This document shows positions 50,772 through 63,666 of a stretch of 64,000 nt of DNA, one piece after another. Location: assembly GCA_028534125.1 (NCBI GenBank), contig CM052816.1, forward strand, positions 23,500,001 through 23,564,000, written 5' to 3'. The first letter of the stretch is position 1. Every line of letters begins with the position of its first letter. Below the pieces are notes generated by a model. It searched no databases, was not told where the DNA came from, and was given only the letters and a program-made list of their open reading frames with translations. The DNA comes from Lama glama (Eukaryota). The position numbers and the translations under genes are program-made.

Positions 50772-52180
50772 TTCACTGAATAAACAAATTAGATGTAATA
50801 CTGAACTCCTAAGTCCCAGGTGGCCAAACAAAAACTTTGATGGTTTATATTACTAAATTCTGTCTCCCCAAGTAATGCAAAGCAGTTGATTCCATTACGT
50901 TCAGAGGCAGCAGCTGCAGAGGAACTACTTGAGTAGAAGAGGCCAAAATGCTGTCCATGTGAGTGTTTGTGGCTGTTTCTCACACCCTCTCTTAGCAGGC
51001 CAGGTGGGTCTCCAAAGATGCTTCCAAGTCAGGCTTCACTGTAACAAGGAAACCCCATGTTTCCAACAGTCATCTTCAGAAGTTTGTTGACAGGGAAGAA
51101 TCCCAGTGTGGTCGTTTGGAAACAAGTTAGTGATACAAAGAGAGTTAGTTGGTCATCTTTTAATTTAGAGTTACCCAGATGTACTCTATGGGGCCATGGG
51201 AGAGCTGCTATTCCACAGAGATGGTATGTTGCTGCCTATTTTATTTCTAATTGAGTATCTACCATGAAAGATGCATTGCTTTGCCCTTTGATTCTCCATC
51301 CTCTCAAAGGACGTACTTTTCCCTTTTTACACCTAACATTGAGTGTTGGGAAGCTTATGTGTGGCAAGGGAGTTGGGGAAGGAGTTCTGGTCACCGTGTT
51401 GTGCTTTCTTGTCAACCTCCAGTGCTCTGTGCTGAGCCCTGGCCATCTATGATACATACAAGTCCTGGGTATCCTGCATGAGATCTACCAGCATTGGGCT
51501 CATCTCTCTGGTCTTTTGGGCTGTCACACCAGCACTCATGGTTAAGTCTGTTGTCCACAAAAGTTTTTCTCCCTTGATTGTTTCCTTATGCTGGATACAA
51601 ATTTCAGTTGTTCTGTTGACATTCTTAGTACCACCATGTTTCCACAAGAGACACGTGGGGATTCCCAAGCCTGGCACAACATTTGTGGGCTGTGGACTTT
51701 CGGAATCTATCGCAAGCCCATACGTATTAAACACTGCCCTCTGCCCTGGCTCTTCCACTCGCCTGTCGTCTAGGACATGATAGTGAACTGTAACATCAAG
51801 TCAACGTTCCTGAATTTTCCTTCAGCTTCTCCAAGGTTTCTCTCTTGCTATTTATCGTCTGCCCCTCTAATTTTTCCTAACACCTGTCTTGTAGCACTCT
51901 TCTCTAAGGTGAACTTCCCATATGAAATATCCTTTGTTTACACTATATTTTGAGTTATTGTTAAACACTATGTTATAATCACTCAAGGGTTGTTGTTTAA
52001 AATATGATTCAAAGGTAATTTGGGAAATCAAAACTTAAGCACAGTCTCTTTATGTTGGCTTTATTCCAACAAGAACAAAATATTATCTGCATAAGTTTGA
52101 CAACAAATGGCAAGAAGATTCACACTCCCAGAGCCCCACTGGATGCTGAAGGCTGCTGACTCTGGGATGAAGTACTGTTG
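50772..52180 (-). pseudogene. Large exon (~1.4 kb): end of module A (QQYFIPESAAFSIQWGSGSVNLLAICCQTYADNILFLLE*) followed by a long low-complexity linker
   Basis: Acceptor cattttcag after an 80-nt intron; donor GAA|gtatat; overlaps ORF remnants 51447..51758 and 50789..50983; 3' boundary less certain. Confidence 0.65.
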
Positions 52181-52260
52181 CTGAAAATGTTTTAGTTTTT
52201 CAACTTTTCTTTCCCTTGTCAGTTGATAATAACTGATCAAACTCTACTTTCAAAAATTAC

Positions 52261-52366
52261 AAAATGAAACGATGGGCCTTCCCTTAGATCATGAAGCACT
52301 TCAATAGTAGAGCAAGGATTGTCTTTTCCCTTCGTTACTAAAAGCAACCCATCTACCGAAGAGAAT
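52261..52366 (-). pseudogene. Exon (FSSVDGLLLVTKGKDNPCSTIEVLHDLREGPSFHF); open frame, PH/F3-like strands
   Basis: Acceptor tttctcccgtag, donor TTT|gtaatt; 106 nt, phase 2-0. Confidence 0.75.
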
Positions 52367-53629
52367 CTACGGGAGAAATTTTTTAAGAAAAAAATAGTGA
52401 CCATGACTTTGTCTTAATCTTTAATGATTAGTGGTCTGTTACAAGGTAGACTATTTATTGTGTTCAAGGATGTGATTCAAAAGGGTGAAATAGGTGTTGC
52501 AAAAATGAGACTTATTTTATTGCTAGTGACACATCCAACTGTTAAGAAAATTTAGAACAAACTGCAATGACTATCCACTGAAATTTTTTAAAAAGGAAAG
52601 ATAGTAAATATTTGGGGGGCCAAAAATGAAAACCTAAAATAACTTACAGTGTTACTCAATAAACACATTTTTTATAAACTTGGGGAGTGTGATCACATGA
52701 AAAAAATTATACCATACCTCTGGGAAATAATTCGTTCCCCTTGCCAAACTAGGCTTTTTGCCTTCCTATTCCTAGTTAACCTAGGTCATCTAGTCCTAGT
52801 TAACCTAGTTAATGGACATCTTGCTCCTCAAACAGACAAGAAATATAGATACCAAAGGAAGATGACTTTAATATCCATTATAATTATAAAAATACATATT
52901 TGGATATGCATTTCTATCTCATATTCATTAAAGCCTCATGGCTTTTGAATTTCACCTCAAAGAAAAGTGACTCAAGATGAATGGTTCTTTTCATTAAACA
53001 ATAGAAGAGTGTCATGTTCCTCATAATGTCAAAAACAAATAAAAAGCCAGCAGTCACGCACTGATGAGTAACAGATCAGAGTCCCTTTAATCATGTCATC
53101 TAAAGAAGACTTTACTTTCTTGTTACATCAAAACTATAAAATTACTTTATAAAATCCAAATGCATATATTCCAGAATAAAAGCTACTACACTATGTTGCC
53201 CCACCCGTAATTTAAGCCAAATGTTTCTCAAATTATACATACAGATTCTAATTTACCTTTCTAAATTAAATCTTACAGGAACTATGTGCAGCAAACATAA
53301 AATTTTGTTTCAGTACAGCCTAAGATTTGAAGAAATTGCATTGGATTTCATTAATATTATGCCCTGAGCCTGAACAAGAACCTAATGTTTCTATGTTTAC
53401 TATCTTCTCCTGCTAATTCTTTTGAAGGCATATCTACAAAAGATGTACTTGTGTTATCTTAAATGGAAATAAGATAAGGGAGCTGGTACATTAGGGGCAC
53501 AGAGGACTTCATTCTAAAGTAATTATTTTGGGATGGAGTTCAGGGCAGTCAAATAAAACCTTCCTACCCTTAGCATTTTTAAGACAATTTATAACATAGG
53601 CAACTTAAGATTCTCATGGGGGCATTTAC

Positions 53630-53846
53630 GTAAATTGATTTTCATGGGCTAGTGCAGACGGCTTAGGGAGGAAACAGACATTAATATCAGTTGTGTCCAA
53701 CTGCTCTCGTTGTGCCTTTAAAACCATCTGTAGATGAAATAGCTGTGTATAAGACCAAAGTAAACTTGTTCAAACACCGTGAGATAACGCATCTGTCATT
53801 TCCTCCTTTTTTCTTTTCACATAAAACTGGGGCAGACCAGGGGGTC
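53630..53846 (-). pseudogene. Exon (...EEMTDALSHGV*TSLLWSYTQLFHLQMVLKAQREQLDTTDINVCFLPKPSALAHENQF)
   Basis: Strong acceptor tttgtcttcccatttag, donor AC|gtaaat; ends in phase 2, matching the next exon. Confidence 0.75.
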
Positions 53847-55044
53847 CTAAATGGGAAGACAAATGAGAGGAAAAAGTACAGGTGGTTCAATGTTTAGAAG
53901 AACTTAAGTAACTTCTCTTGCCTATTGAAGGACTTAAGCACTAAATGCAAAAAACGGACTATGCTCCTGGTGGCCCTGGTGTGCCAGCGAAAAACACAAC
54001 AGAAAGACCTGGGTGGTCCTCGAGGGAAAGGGACACTATGGCAAGTGATGCAAGGAAAAGCTTAGCTCACACTGCCTCAGGGAGCCAGAGCCACATCACG
54101 AAACCAATCTGAGCCCATAATAACGTTAGAAGGAAAGTCTCTCCTAAAACACTTAACATCTGAATTATCTTTGAAAAAGCTGTTACTGAAACAAAACCAA
54201 AACCTGGCAAGCTAGGAATGTAGTCTGAGCAACAAAACATGAATCACCTACAGCTAGGGACAAGTGCACTTCAGGTAAACATTCCTGAACAAACACCACG
54301 CTATTTAAATGATACTAAGAGCCAAGACAATTTTGCTCACTGATTCATTCAACAATTATTTACTTACTGAGTGCCTACTACATACCTGGTACCATTCTAG
54401 ATCCTGGGAAAATAGCAAAGATCAAAAATAACAAAAATCATGGTCCTCATGCACATTACAATTTAGTGGCAGGGGATAGAAAATAAACAACTAAAAGTAA
54501 ATTATATAGCATGCTAGATGATGGTAAGTATGATGCAAGAAACAGAGCAACTTCAGGCTGATAAGAAGTACTGTAGAAAGGGAGGAGGATCAAGAAATTT
54601 TCATTGACCTCATGGAGGTAAGCAAGCCATGTAGACATCTGTGGGAAATGTGGTCCAGACAGAGAAAATAGCAGGGGTGAAATCCTGCCCCAAGAATGTA
54701 TCGAGCTTGTGTGAGGAAGAAAGAACAAGAAAACCAATGCACCTGGAATGGAGTGAAAAATAGATAAGCGAATGGGGTCCAAGTGATGCAGAGCCTTGTG
54801 GGTTACTCTAAAGAACTGGTCTTTTACTCTGCATGAGATGGACAACCATTTGAAGATTAAGAATATGTAAATGAGATGATACTTTTTAACAGACCACTCT
54901 GGCTGCTGTGTAAAAAAAATAGATTCAAAGGACGTGAGAGTGAAAATAGGGAATCTCAGTAGCAACACAGCCAACAACTGAGGTGAGAAAAGATGGCAGC
55001 AGGAAATAGTAAAAGAGGTGATTAGAAATGATCCCATTCTAGAG

Positions 55045-55213
55045 CAGGGTTTCTCAACCTTGGTACTACTGATATTTTGGGCCAGATCACTGTATTTTGT
55101 GATGACTGTCCTGTGCATTGTAGAGTGGTTAGCAGCATCTCTGATCTCACCAATGATATGCCAGGAGCAAATTCTCACCTGATCTGTGACAATGAAAAAT
55201 GTTTCCATAATGT
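55045..55213. mobile_element. MER20 DNA transposon fragment
   Basis: cagggtttctcaaccttggtactactgatattttgggccagat...gtgacaatgaaaaatgtttcca. Confidence 0.8.
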
Positions 55214-55217
55214 ACTT

Positions 55218-55917
55218 CGGTGCAGCCATTGTGGAAAATAGTATGGAGATTCCTCAAAAAGCTAAAAATAGACTTACCATATGATCCAGCAATCCCACTC
55301 TTGGGCATATATCCAGAGGGAGCTCGAATTTAAAATGATATATGCACCCCAATGTTCATAGAAGCACTATATACAATAGCCAAGACATGGAAGCAACCTG
55401 AATGTCCATCGACAGATGGCTGGATAAAGAAGTTGTGGTATCTTTATACAATGGAATACTACTCAGCCATAAAAAGGAATAAAATAATGCCATCTGCAGC
55501 AACCTGGATGGACCTAGAGATTGTCATTCTAAGTGAAACAAGCCAGAAAGAGAAAGAAAAATACCATATCGTATCACTCATATGTGGAAGATAAAAAAGA
55601 AGAAGAAAAGAGGAAAGTAATGAGCTCATCTACAAAACAGAAACAGACAGACATAGTAAATAATCTAATGGTTACCAGGGGAAAAGGGTAGGAATGGATA
55701 AATTTGGGAGTTTGAGATTTGCTAATGTTAGCCACTGTATATAAAAACAGATAAAAACAAATTTCTTCTGTATAGCAAAGGGAACTATATTCAATATTTT
55801 ATAATAAGCTTTAATGAAAAAGAATATGAAAATGAATATATGTATGTACATGCATGACTGGGACTTTGTGCTGTACACCAGAAACTGACACATTGTAACT
55901 GACTATAGTTCAATTTA

Positions 55918-55992
<75 letters not shown>
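55218..55992 (+). mobile_element. Young L1 3' end (camelid type) with (GAAA)n tail
   Basis: ORF2 C-terminus (MFIEALYTIAKTWKQPECPSTDGWIKKLWY...) plus 3' UTR. Confidence 0.9.
55920..55992. repeat. (GAAA)n microsatellite
   Basis: Perfect tetranucleotide run derived from the L1 tail. Confidence 0.95.
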
Positions 55993-55993
<1 letters not shown>

Positions 55994-57249
55994 GTAGGCA
56001 CTGTCCACAGGGCCACCTAGGGACCAGCTTGGATAGGGGCTCTGTTACCCTAAAATCTCTATAATCTATTAAGTAGCTCTTGAGAACTAATGCCAATTCT
56101 CACTTTCTAGAAAGGAAGGAAAAAATACGGAGATCAGACAACAATGTTAAGAACATGAAGCAGAAATTGCACAACTCACTTTCATTCACATAGCTACAAA
56201 AAAATCTGAAATGTAGTCTTTAGCTGGGAATTTTGATTGGGAATAGCCAATCAACATGTGGGTGGAGAAGAACCTATAATTAAAAGAAAGAACTGAAGGT
56301 GGAGGATAGTTAGCTGTCTCTGCCAGCAGCGTCTCCAAAGCTTCTTGGTCAGATAACTGTGGAAGGATCATGTTCCATGAGCCTTATTAGGAAAGATTAC
56401 TGGTGAAGCTTGTTTGTCAAAGGTGTTGGCAGGGAAGGATATGAGGAGTTCACTTTTGAACATGTTAAGCTTAAGATGTTTATTTGACAGTTAAGTAGGG
56501 AAGTTTAGTAGATCAGGAGAGAGTTTTAGAACAGAGATATAAATTTGGGAACTCAAGCTTGCAAAATGGATAAGCTCACGGAGGGAGGATATCTATCTTG
56601 TTTATATTACAGGAGTAAAGAATTCCAAGAATAAGGTCTGGTGGTATTCTGATGCTTACAATTCAGGAAGAAGAAGAAAAATCAACAAATGAGACCAAGA
56701 AGCAGCCGTCAGTAGAAAGGAAATCAGTGGAGTATCCCAGAAGCTGAGTGAAAAAGTGCTTTCAGGAAAACAAAATGATTAATTATGTACAACTCTGGTA
56801 AGTCAGTAAGGTTGGAATGGAAAATTAACCATGTTGAACTTGGAAAGAGCAATTTTGGTGGGACAGTGGATTGAAAAGGGTTCAAGAGAAAATGAGAGAG
56901 AGAACTACTATGGAAACTTGCTTATTCAAGGAGTTTTACTGTAAAGCAGGACAGAGATGGAGCAGATGCTGAGGAGTGCTTGGGAAATGGTCAAGAGGTT
57001 TTTGTAAGCTGGTAAGTTTTATAGCATGTTTGAATACTAATCTAAAATATCCAGGAAAGAGAGGGAAATTAACACTATTTTTTCCTAGTATTCTGAAACT
57101 TAACTAGCTTTAGTTCTATTAAATTCCATTAATTCTATTTAAAAAATGATTTATCATGGAAAATTCTGTATTTTCATTCAGAAAATGAAATATAATGCAA
57201 GAGACAAAACTTTCCCATAGTGAATTCTATATAAGAACTGTTATTTGGA

Positions 57250-58620
57250 ATATTAATGTTGATGCAGTCAATATGGGCTACATGACCATCTAATGGAATC
57301 TGATCATCTTTCCATCCAGCTATATGCTGCTCACAACAGACAAAGCTAAGTCACAAAGACCGCAGAAAGGGTGAATGTCAAATAAGAGAAAAAGAGATAA
57401 CAAGCAAATACAGACACAATAAAGACTGGTATAATTATTCATATAAAAACCAACTTTAAAGCAAAATCATGCTGGCAGATAAAGAGGGTTAGTAGATAAT
57501 AAAAACAATTCAAATCATAATGGAAGTTAAAAAATCTCCTGAAATTATATAGACTTAAGAACAAAGCCTCAAGTATATAAAGCAAAAGTTGACTGAAATA
57601 CAGGAGAACACTGACAAACACATCACATAGTAAGAATTTTAACATAATACTCTGTAATTACTAGAACATGGACATTCACACTGATCAAAGGCCATAAATA
57701 CAACACTAAATCTAATAAATGGCCAGAGTATGATTTTTCCAAGCACACACGGAACATTGGCAAATACTGACCATGTACTGTAACTACAAGCAAGTCTCAA
57801 CAGTTATTAAACTCTGACCACAATAAAATTACATTAGATACAAAGATAAAGACAATATTCAAAGTATTCCATTTTGGGGAAACTTTAAAATATAGTTCTA
57901 AATATCACATTGGTCAAAGAAGATTGGTCAGGATCTTTTTTTTTTATTAATTGGTGTCTGTGCTATGCTAGCTGTTAAATATTTTTTCAATATCATCCTA
58001 GGAAAGACTAATGAAAGAGACGAATCTCTGGCATGACTAAGAAATAAATAAGAAAGAGAACATTTAAAAAAAAGGAATAAAAACTATTTTACTAAAGATA
58101 CATCGGTATTTTTTAAATTAATGGAATAATGAACATAGGTAATAAAATATAAAATGCACACAAATTTGAATTCTTAAATTACCTTAAAATCTATTAAAAC
58201 TGGATCAGAAAGATATAGTAAAAAGAATATTTCAAAACAATCAAGGAAAATAGTTGAAAACATACACTCTTTCCTTTCTCGCTTCCCAAAAAAACATGGG
58301 CCCAAATAATTTTAGTTTAGGGCCCAAATTTAGTTCCTACATTCATTTAAGAACCAATAATCTTAAAATATAAGCTCTTCTACATAATGTCATATTAAGG
58401 AGCAGAGAATGAATGAGGCTTAATATCTTTGATATTCAAACTGGACAAAGCAATAAGGAAGTATAAAATTATGAGTCAATCTTTTTACAGAACACAAATG
58501 AAAAAATTCTACATAAAACATCACACTAAATCCCACAATATATTTAAAAAAAAATCATAATGGCCAAATTAATACTTTTTCCAGGAAAGCAGGGCTTGTT
58601 CAACATTAGAAAATTGATTA
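57250..58620 (+). mobile_element. Old L1 ORF2 fragments
   Basis: ccagctatatgctgctcacaacagac...aacaaagcctcaagtatataaagcaaaagttgac. Confidence 0.6.
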
Positions 58621-58793
58621 ATTCAACTTCTCTTTAAGCAACAACGTAAGAAGATGCATTAATAAGCCTACTGGATTCCAAATACCTATAAATGACAGAT
58701 TATACACAAAAAGAGAACACTCAAAAGTGCTAACTATCCTGTTGGTATGGTGAGGGACATTGTTACAATGTTAGGATTTTGTAATACGCTCAC

Positions 58794-58927
58794 GTTACTG
58801 GGATAAACACTTCGTATCTCAGTTTTTGAAAACACACTAATTTGTGGAGGATTGTTATTACTATGGTCATATGTGAAATGGGCTACAACTTTATTTCTTG
58901 TAATTCAGTTTAGTTTTCAAAGACTCG
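58794..58927 (-). pseudogene. Exon (RVFEN*TELQEIKL*PISHMTIVITILHKLVCFQKLRYEVFIPV)
   Basis: Acceptor tttctgtgatgttag, donor AAC|gtgagc; two in-frame stops. Confidence 0.6.
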
Positions 58928-61450
58928 CTAACATCACAGAAATATTTATATACCCTCTATCCAGAAAAACGTTTAAAAGTGTTATCTGTAAATTTAACAT
59001 GTGCTAAAACTCAACTGTAATATGTTTGCCTGGTTCTGTCTTGGAAAGTCTTTCCATTACTGATCCAAGATTTTCAAGAAGCATTGGCCTATTCGTGTTT
59101 CCTTCTTCTTGTGCCAATTTCACATTTCATATTCCCTCCCTTGAAATGATTCACCCAGGATTTTAATTATTTCTGTATGGTTGCTTATACTATTCTTTTA
59201 CAATTGTAAATTCTACTATCTTAGTAGCTATTCCTTTTTATTTTCTACTTTATATTTGCTCATATTTCTTTCTCAACCTTAAAGTTTGTATATTTACATT
59301 CATCTTCTCAAAACGTACCAACAATTTTTTTGGTAAAAGATAAAAAATTATTTTTCAAATCTTTTGCAAATCCTCCAGTATTTCTCAGAAAACAAAAGAC
59401 TGGTTGAAATGATTAAATAAGAAAGATAAATCTCTAGCATAGATATCACTAAAAAAGTAAAGCAGTATCAATACCATAAAAAGACTACATAATGGGAACC
59501 AAGAAAATGATCATCAGAGAACTATTATTTAATTAGGAAAATTATATCAGTATGAAACTTAGTGCACTTAATATCAAAGACATTTCATAAAACTGAGGAT
59601 CTACTGGAAGAAATTGAGAAATCATATTGAGAATATGTTATAAAAATCATACCAAGAAATTATAAATCTCTGAGAAAACAACAGATCAAAGAGACCCAAA
59701 TTAAGCAAGTATAAAGAAGATTAAAATAAATAACTTAATAAGATTTATCTGATACAAAGATAGCTTTGCATGCAATAGGGAACATACTGAATACACTCTT
59801 ATTCAAAACATGTACTGATATTGATAAAAGTTGATGCAGTAATAAGCTACAAAGTAAATATAAAATTTTAAATATTTGATACATATAGGAGACACTTATG
59901 TAACAAAATGGAATGACATCAGAAGTCCATAAAAAGATGAGTTTACTCACATACATAGAGATCAGTGTCTTGCTGGCTAATCTAGGTCAGCCCCCTTTGG
60001 GGCGGCTGAGATGACTGGGTTTTGCTATTTCACTCTCCAGGCAGCTAACCCAAGCACGTTCTCATGGTAATGGCAGAGCGGTTGAGTCAGAGGAAAACAT
60101 GCAATGCCTCCTGAGCTAAGCTTGGAACTGATACACGGTCATTTCCAGCTCAAATTATTGGTTAAAGCCAACAAAAGGAAAATCCAGATTCAAGGGACAG
60201 GAAACGAGATTGCACTCTTTATTTAGAGGAACTTGGAATTCACATAGCGAAGAGTGGCTTCAGGGAAGTGTGAAGAACTGAGACTAGTCATGCAATCAGT
60301 TTACCTTCTGAGAGCCTAGGGGAGAGATCTACATAACGCTCAGCAACCAGCAAGTGTGCGTACAGTGCTTGTTAAAATCATGAGAGAGGAGAAAGATTAC
60401 CCATTTGTACTCTCTCCAAAGTGTGACACAATATAATTGGGTGGAAGATTAAGGGGATACGTCATCTTTTTGGGGCAGATAACCTCCATGGTTTTCTACA
60501 GTAAATGAAGAAAAACAAATTCAGGATTTATCCCAAATTACAGTCATATCTTGATAAAGCATTAACACGTTGGTAGTAATACTATTTCTATTTGCTCTGC
60601 TAATTTTTCTCTTTTTCTTTCTGCTTTCCACTTCCCTCTCAAAGAACAGTGAAGGAACTTGAAACATTCTGTGATATTTTAGTCTTTACAGGAGGAAAAG
60701 TTATTTAAGCCATTTCAGAGGATTCCATGAAGAATAACAGCTTTTCATCTTTCATATTATCTAAGACTTTATTAATAACAATATTTCCCTTTCTGGGGGA
60801 AAGCATAACAGCTTTTAGCTTAGTTTCCTAAGCATTTAATTTAAACCATACAGCAAAAGCTTTGTATATAATATGGTGGAAAGAGGGGAAGTTCTGAATG
60901 CCACCACTAAGCACTGTGAAATGATGAAGAATTTTATTAACGGGTGATGAATACGATACTATCATCTCATAATGGTTTCATTATGCCTCATGGACGGCCA
61001 CCTAATGTGTGCTGAGCAGTTCTCAGTCATCCTATACGTCAATTCAAAAAGGATTTGAGGTTGTGAATGGTCTAGACTCATTAAAGTATTTTGCAATATT
61101 GAGTCCACTGTTTCATGATTAACTCCTGATATGCTACCCTAGAAAGAAGAAAAAAAAAAGAATGTATTCTCACTTGCTCGTATGCCATATTGTAGGAGAA
61201 GTCAAGGACTGCACCAATAAAGTGAGACTGTGAAAAAAATCACTTTAAGAGTAATCCAAAACAGTACTTTTTAATTAAAATAGGAACTCTCTACACAGAA
61301 TTTCAGTTTTATGCACCCTGAAATACCAAAATAAATGAATTATACTCTCGTTACATGTAAAGAATGCTTTATTTTTAGCACATTTTTAAGTACCCTGCAT
61401 AAAAGATTAATAGATGCAACACAATGTATTAGACAGATGTGGTATAGTAC

Positions 61451-61569
61451 CTGCTCCAAATGCCAGCTGGATTTGCAATTACGTTTTTGGAGAGACTGAA
61501 ATCCGGAACAGCTGTACTGAATGTGGTCCATAATATTTCCTGAGAGTCAGTGCTACTTAGCACTCTCTT
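61451..61569 (-). pseudogene. Exon (KRVLSSTDSQEILWTTFSTAVPDFSL...; probable 1-nt frameshift into ...KSSWHLEQ)
   Basis: Acceptor ttctttttaattag, donor CAG|gtacta; 119 nt. Confidence 0.7.
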
Positions 61570-63117
61570 CTAATTAAAAAGAATATATAAATGCATTTAA
61601 CATATATTTTGTTATCTATATTTTATAAATTAAAGCTATATCCTTATACTAAACTAATATAAAATAAATAGAATTAAACATTAGGATAAATCCTTACATA
61701 AAAAAGGAGACAGGTCCTGTAAAATTTGATTTCTAGCGCATTGCCTTTAGCCAGAGATAGAGAACGGTCCCTAGGAATGAATAAAGAGAAATGGCCCACA
61801 GACTGGAGAATTTTTAACACTGTTTGATCTGCAGCCCTGCTATTTCTCTTATCAGCCCAGACACTGAACCAATTTACCTGTCATTTAAGTAAATCTATAA
61901 TTGTGAGATGAAAGTTTTTCAGGAGACAGGTGAAAAAGGACAATCAATTCACAATCAGATGCAAAAGAAATCCCTTCAAAACCAGTGTGCTAGATTTTCA
62001 TATTATCCATTAAAAGATTGTAGGTTGCAGAGCTGCATACATTAAAGGCCAAAAGATGACGGTGATTCACAAGTGCCAAGATGCAACAAAGAAAGTGACA
62101 TTTTAAGGAGAATGACAGTGCAAGAAAGCTTAAGCACCAGAATACTCCCCTCCCTGCCCACCCCTCCTGCCGTCAGGGGTCATCCTGCTTTGGGGTGCTA
62201 TTTGAAAAAGAAGGCTTTGTCTCACAGGCACTCCTCAGTTGTCCCCATGACAGCTCTCCACCAACTCCCACTGCTCCCACCTCTGGTCTACGAGCACTGC
62301 ACACCTCACTGACAGAGCTCCTAGGGACTCCATTGCTGGCTCTCCTTGACACCACGCCGTCTCTGCCATGGCGCCATTTCCTTTACATCCCCTGAACTTC
62401 ATCCTCCACTATGGAAACCTCCACTCTAATGAAAGATTGGGAATATCTAGAAAGTATTAGAACAAAGATGCATGTAGGAGGGACGAGATACCTTTACAAC
62501 TGTATACTAAGTATGATTCATTGAGGAGTCCAAGAAAAAAAAATTGAGCCAGCCTTTCACAGAGGAGCTCCTTATGACAAACTCCCCTTTTCTAGCTTTT
62601 GCCTTTCCATCTGAGGGTCTACCCTCTACTCTGTCAGAGGTAAATTTGGGTTTTAATCCTCCCTGTGAATATCTCTACCTCTTTTCTCCAACTTCTAGTT
62701 TCTTACCTACAGAGGAAGTTCTGGTCTAAGAATCTGGTCCTTTACTTAGGCCCTGTACTTTACCCATCCCCCCAAATTGAATTCCTGAGTATAGAATAGT
62801 AATACTTTAGGGTGAATTAGCAGGAGACTAGAGTTAGGACTTGGCACTCCATTCTCAGGGGACCCCAAGTCTGATCTGCTCAAGATCCCCACCTCTTTGA
62901 GGTAAACTCATGCTTTCATTGTCTTCCCAAAAGGGTTTTCTTGTGTTGCTATGTTTTTTTTTCACTATACACACACATCTTCTCATAATGTAAACATAAC
63001 GTGTTTTTCCATAAATGAAACATGGTATTTTTGCAATAAAGGTGATAAATCATATTGTTAAAATCAGTAAAGTCAATTTCCCTCTGCTCAAACTTCATTT
63101 TCCAGACAACGTGTCAG

Positions 63118-63400
63118 GCAGAGTTTTTCAAAACAGTGGTTTGCAAACCCCTAGAGGTCCAAAAGGTGAAAACTATTTTAAAATAAGAGCTGAGATGTTA
63201 TGTGCCTTTTCTGCTTTCATTCTAAGTGTACAGTGGGATTTTCCAGAGACTAGGCAGCGTCCATTGCCATCATTCTGACAGCTAATGGGATATGGAATAT
63301 GTGCTTAGGGATCCTTGTGTCTTCTAAGATTTTTTTAAAAGTCAGCTCTTTGGTGTCTTTATTAATTTTTAAGAGTATAAAGAGGCCCTGAGACCTCTTG
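63118..63400. mobile_element. hAT-Charlie-type non-autonomous DNA transposon fragment
   Basis: aaggtgaaaactattt...gtgtacagtgggattttccagagac. Confidence 0.45.
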
Positions 63401-63666
63401 ATAGTCTTAAACTGTGTAGGTTCTGGGGTTTGTTTTGAATTCTAACTCATGCCTGCTATTTCTATTCTGTTTTAACACTAACAAAATGAAAAGCCAGTGA
63501 AAAAGACTTTGAAGTAACTTCCAACTAGGTTTTAAAATGCTCGAATGATCATAAAACAAAGCTGATTTTTAAAAATATGTGTAGAGTAGTAATTATAGAG
63601 ATCAATCATTTTTTTGTAATTCCTAGGTCTTTTTATATTGATCCATTATTTTTGGTTGGGACCCAC

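Larger units (their letters stand above)
54340..57060 (-). mobile_element. L2 fragment, interrupted by MER20, L1 and other inserts
   Basis: Starts tgattcattcaacaattatttacttactgagtgcctacta; resumes gagttcacttttgaacatgttaag... Confidence 0.7.

Noticed and set aside
54456..55229. 257-aa ORF, the longest in the track
   Set aside because: Runs through L2, MER20 and L1 sequence; repeat-derived and not protein-like.
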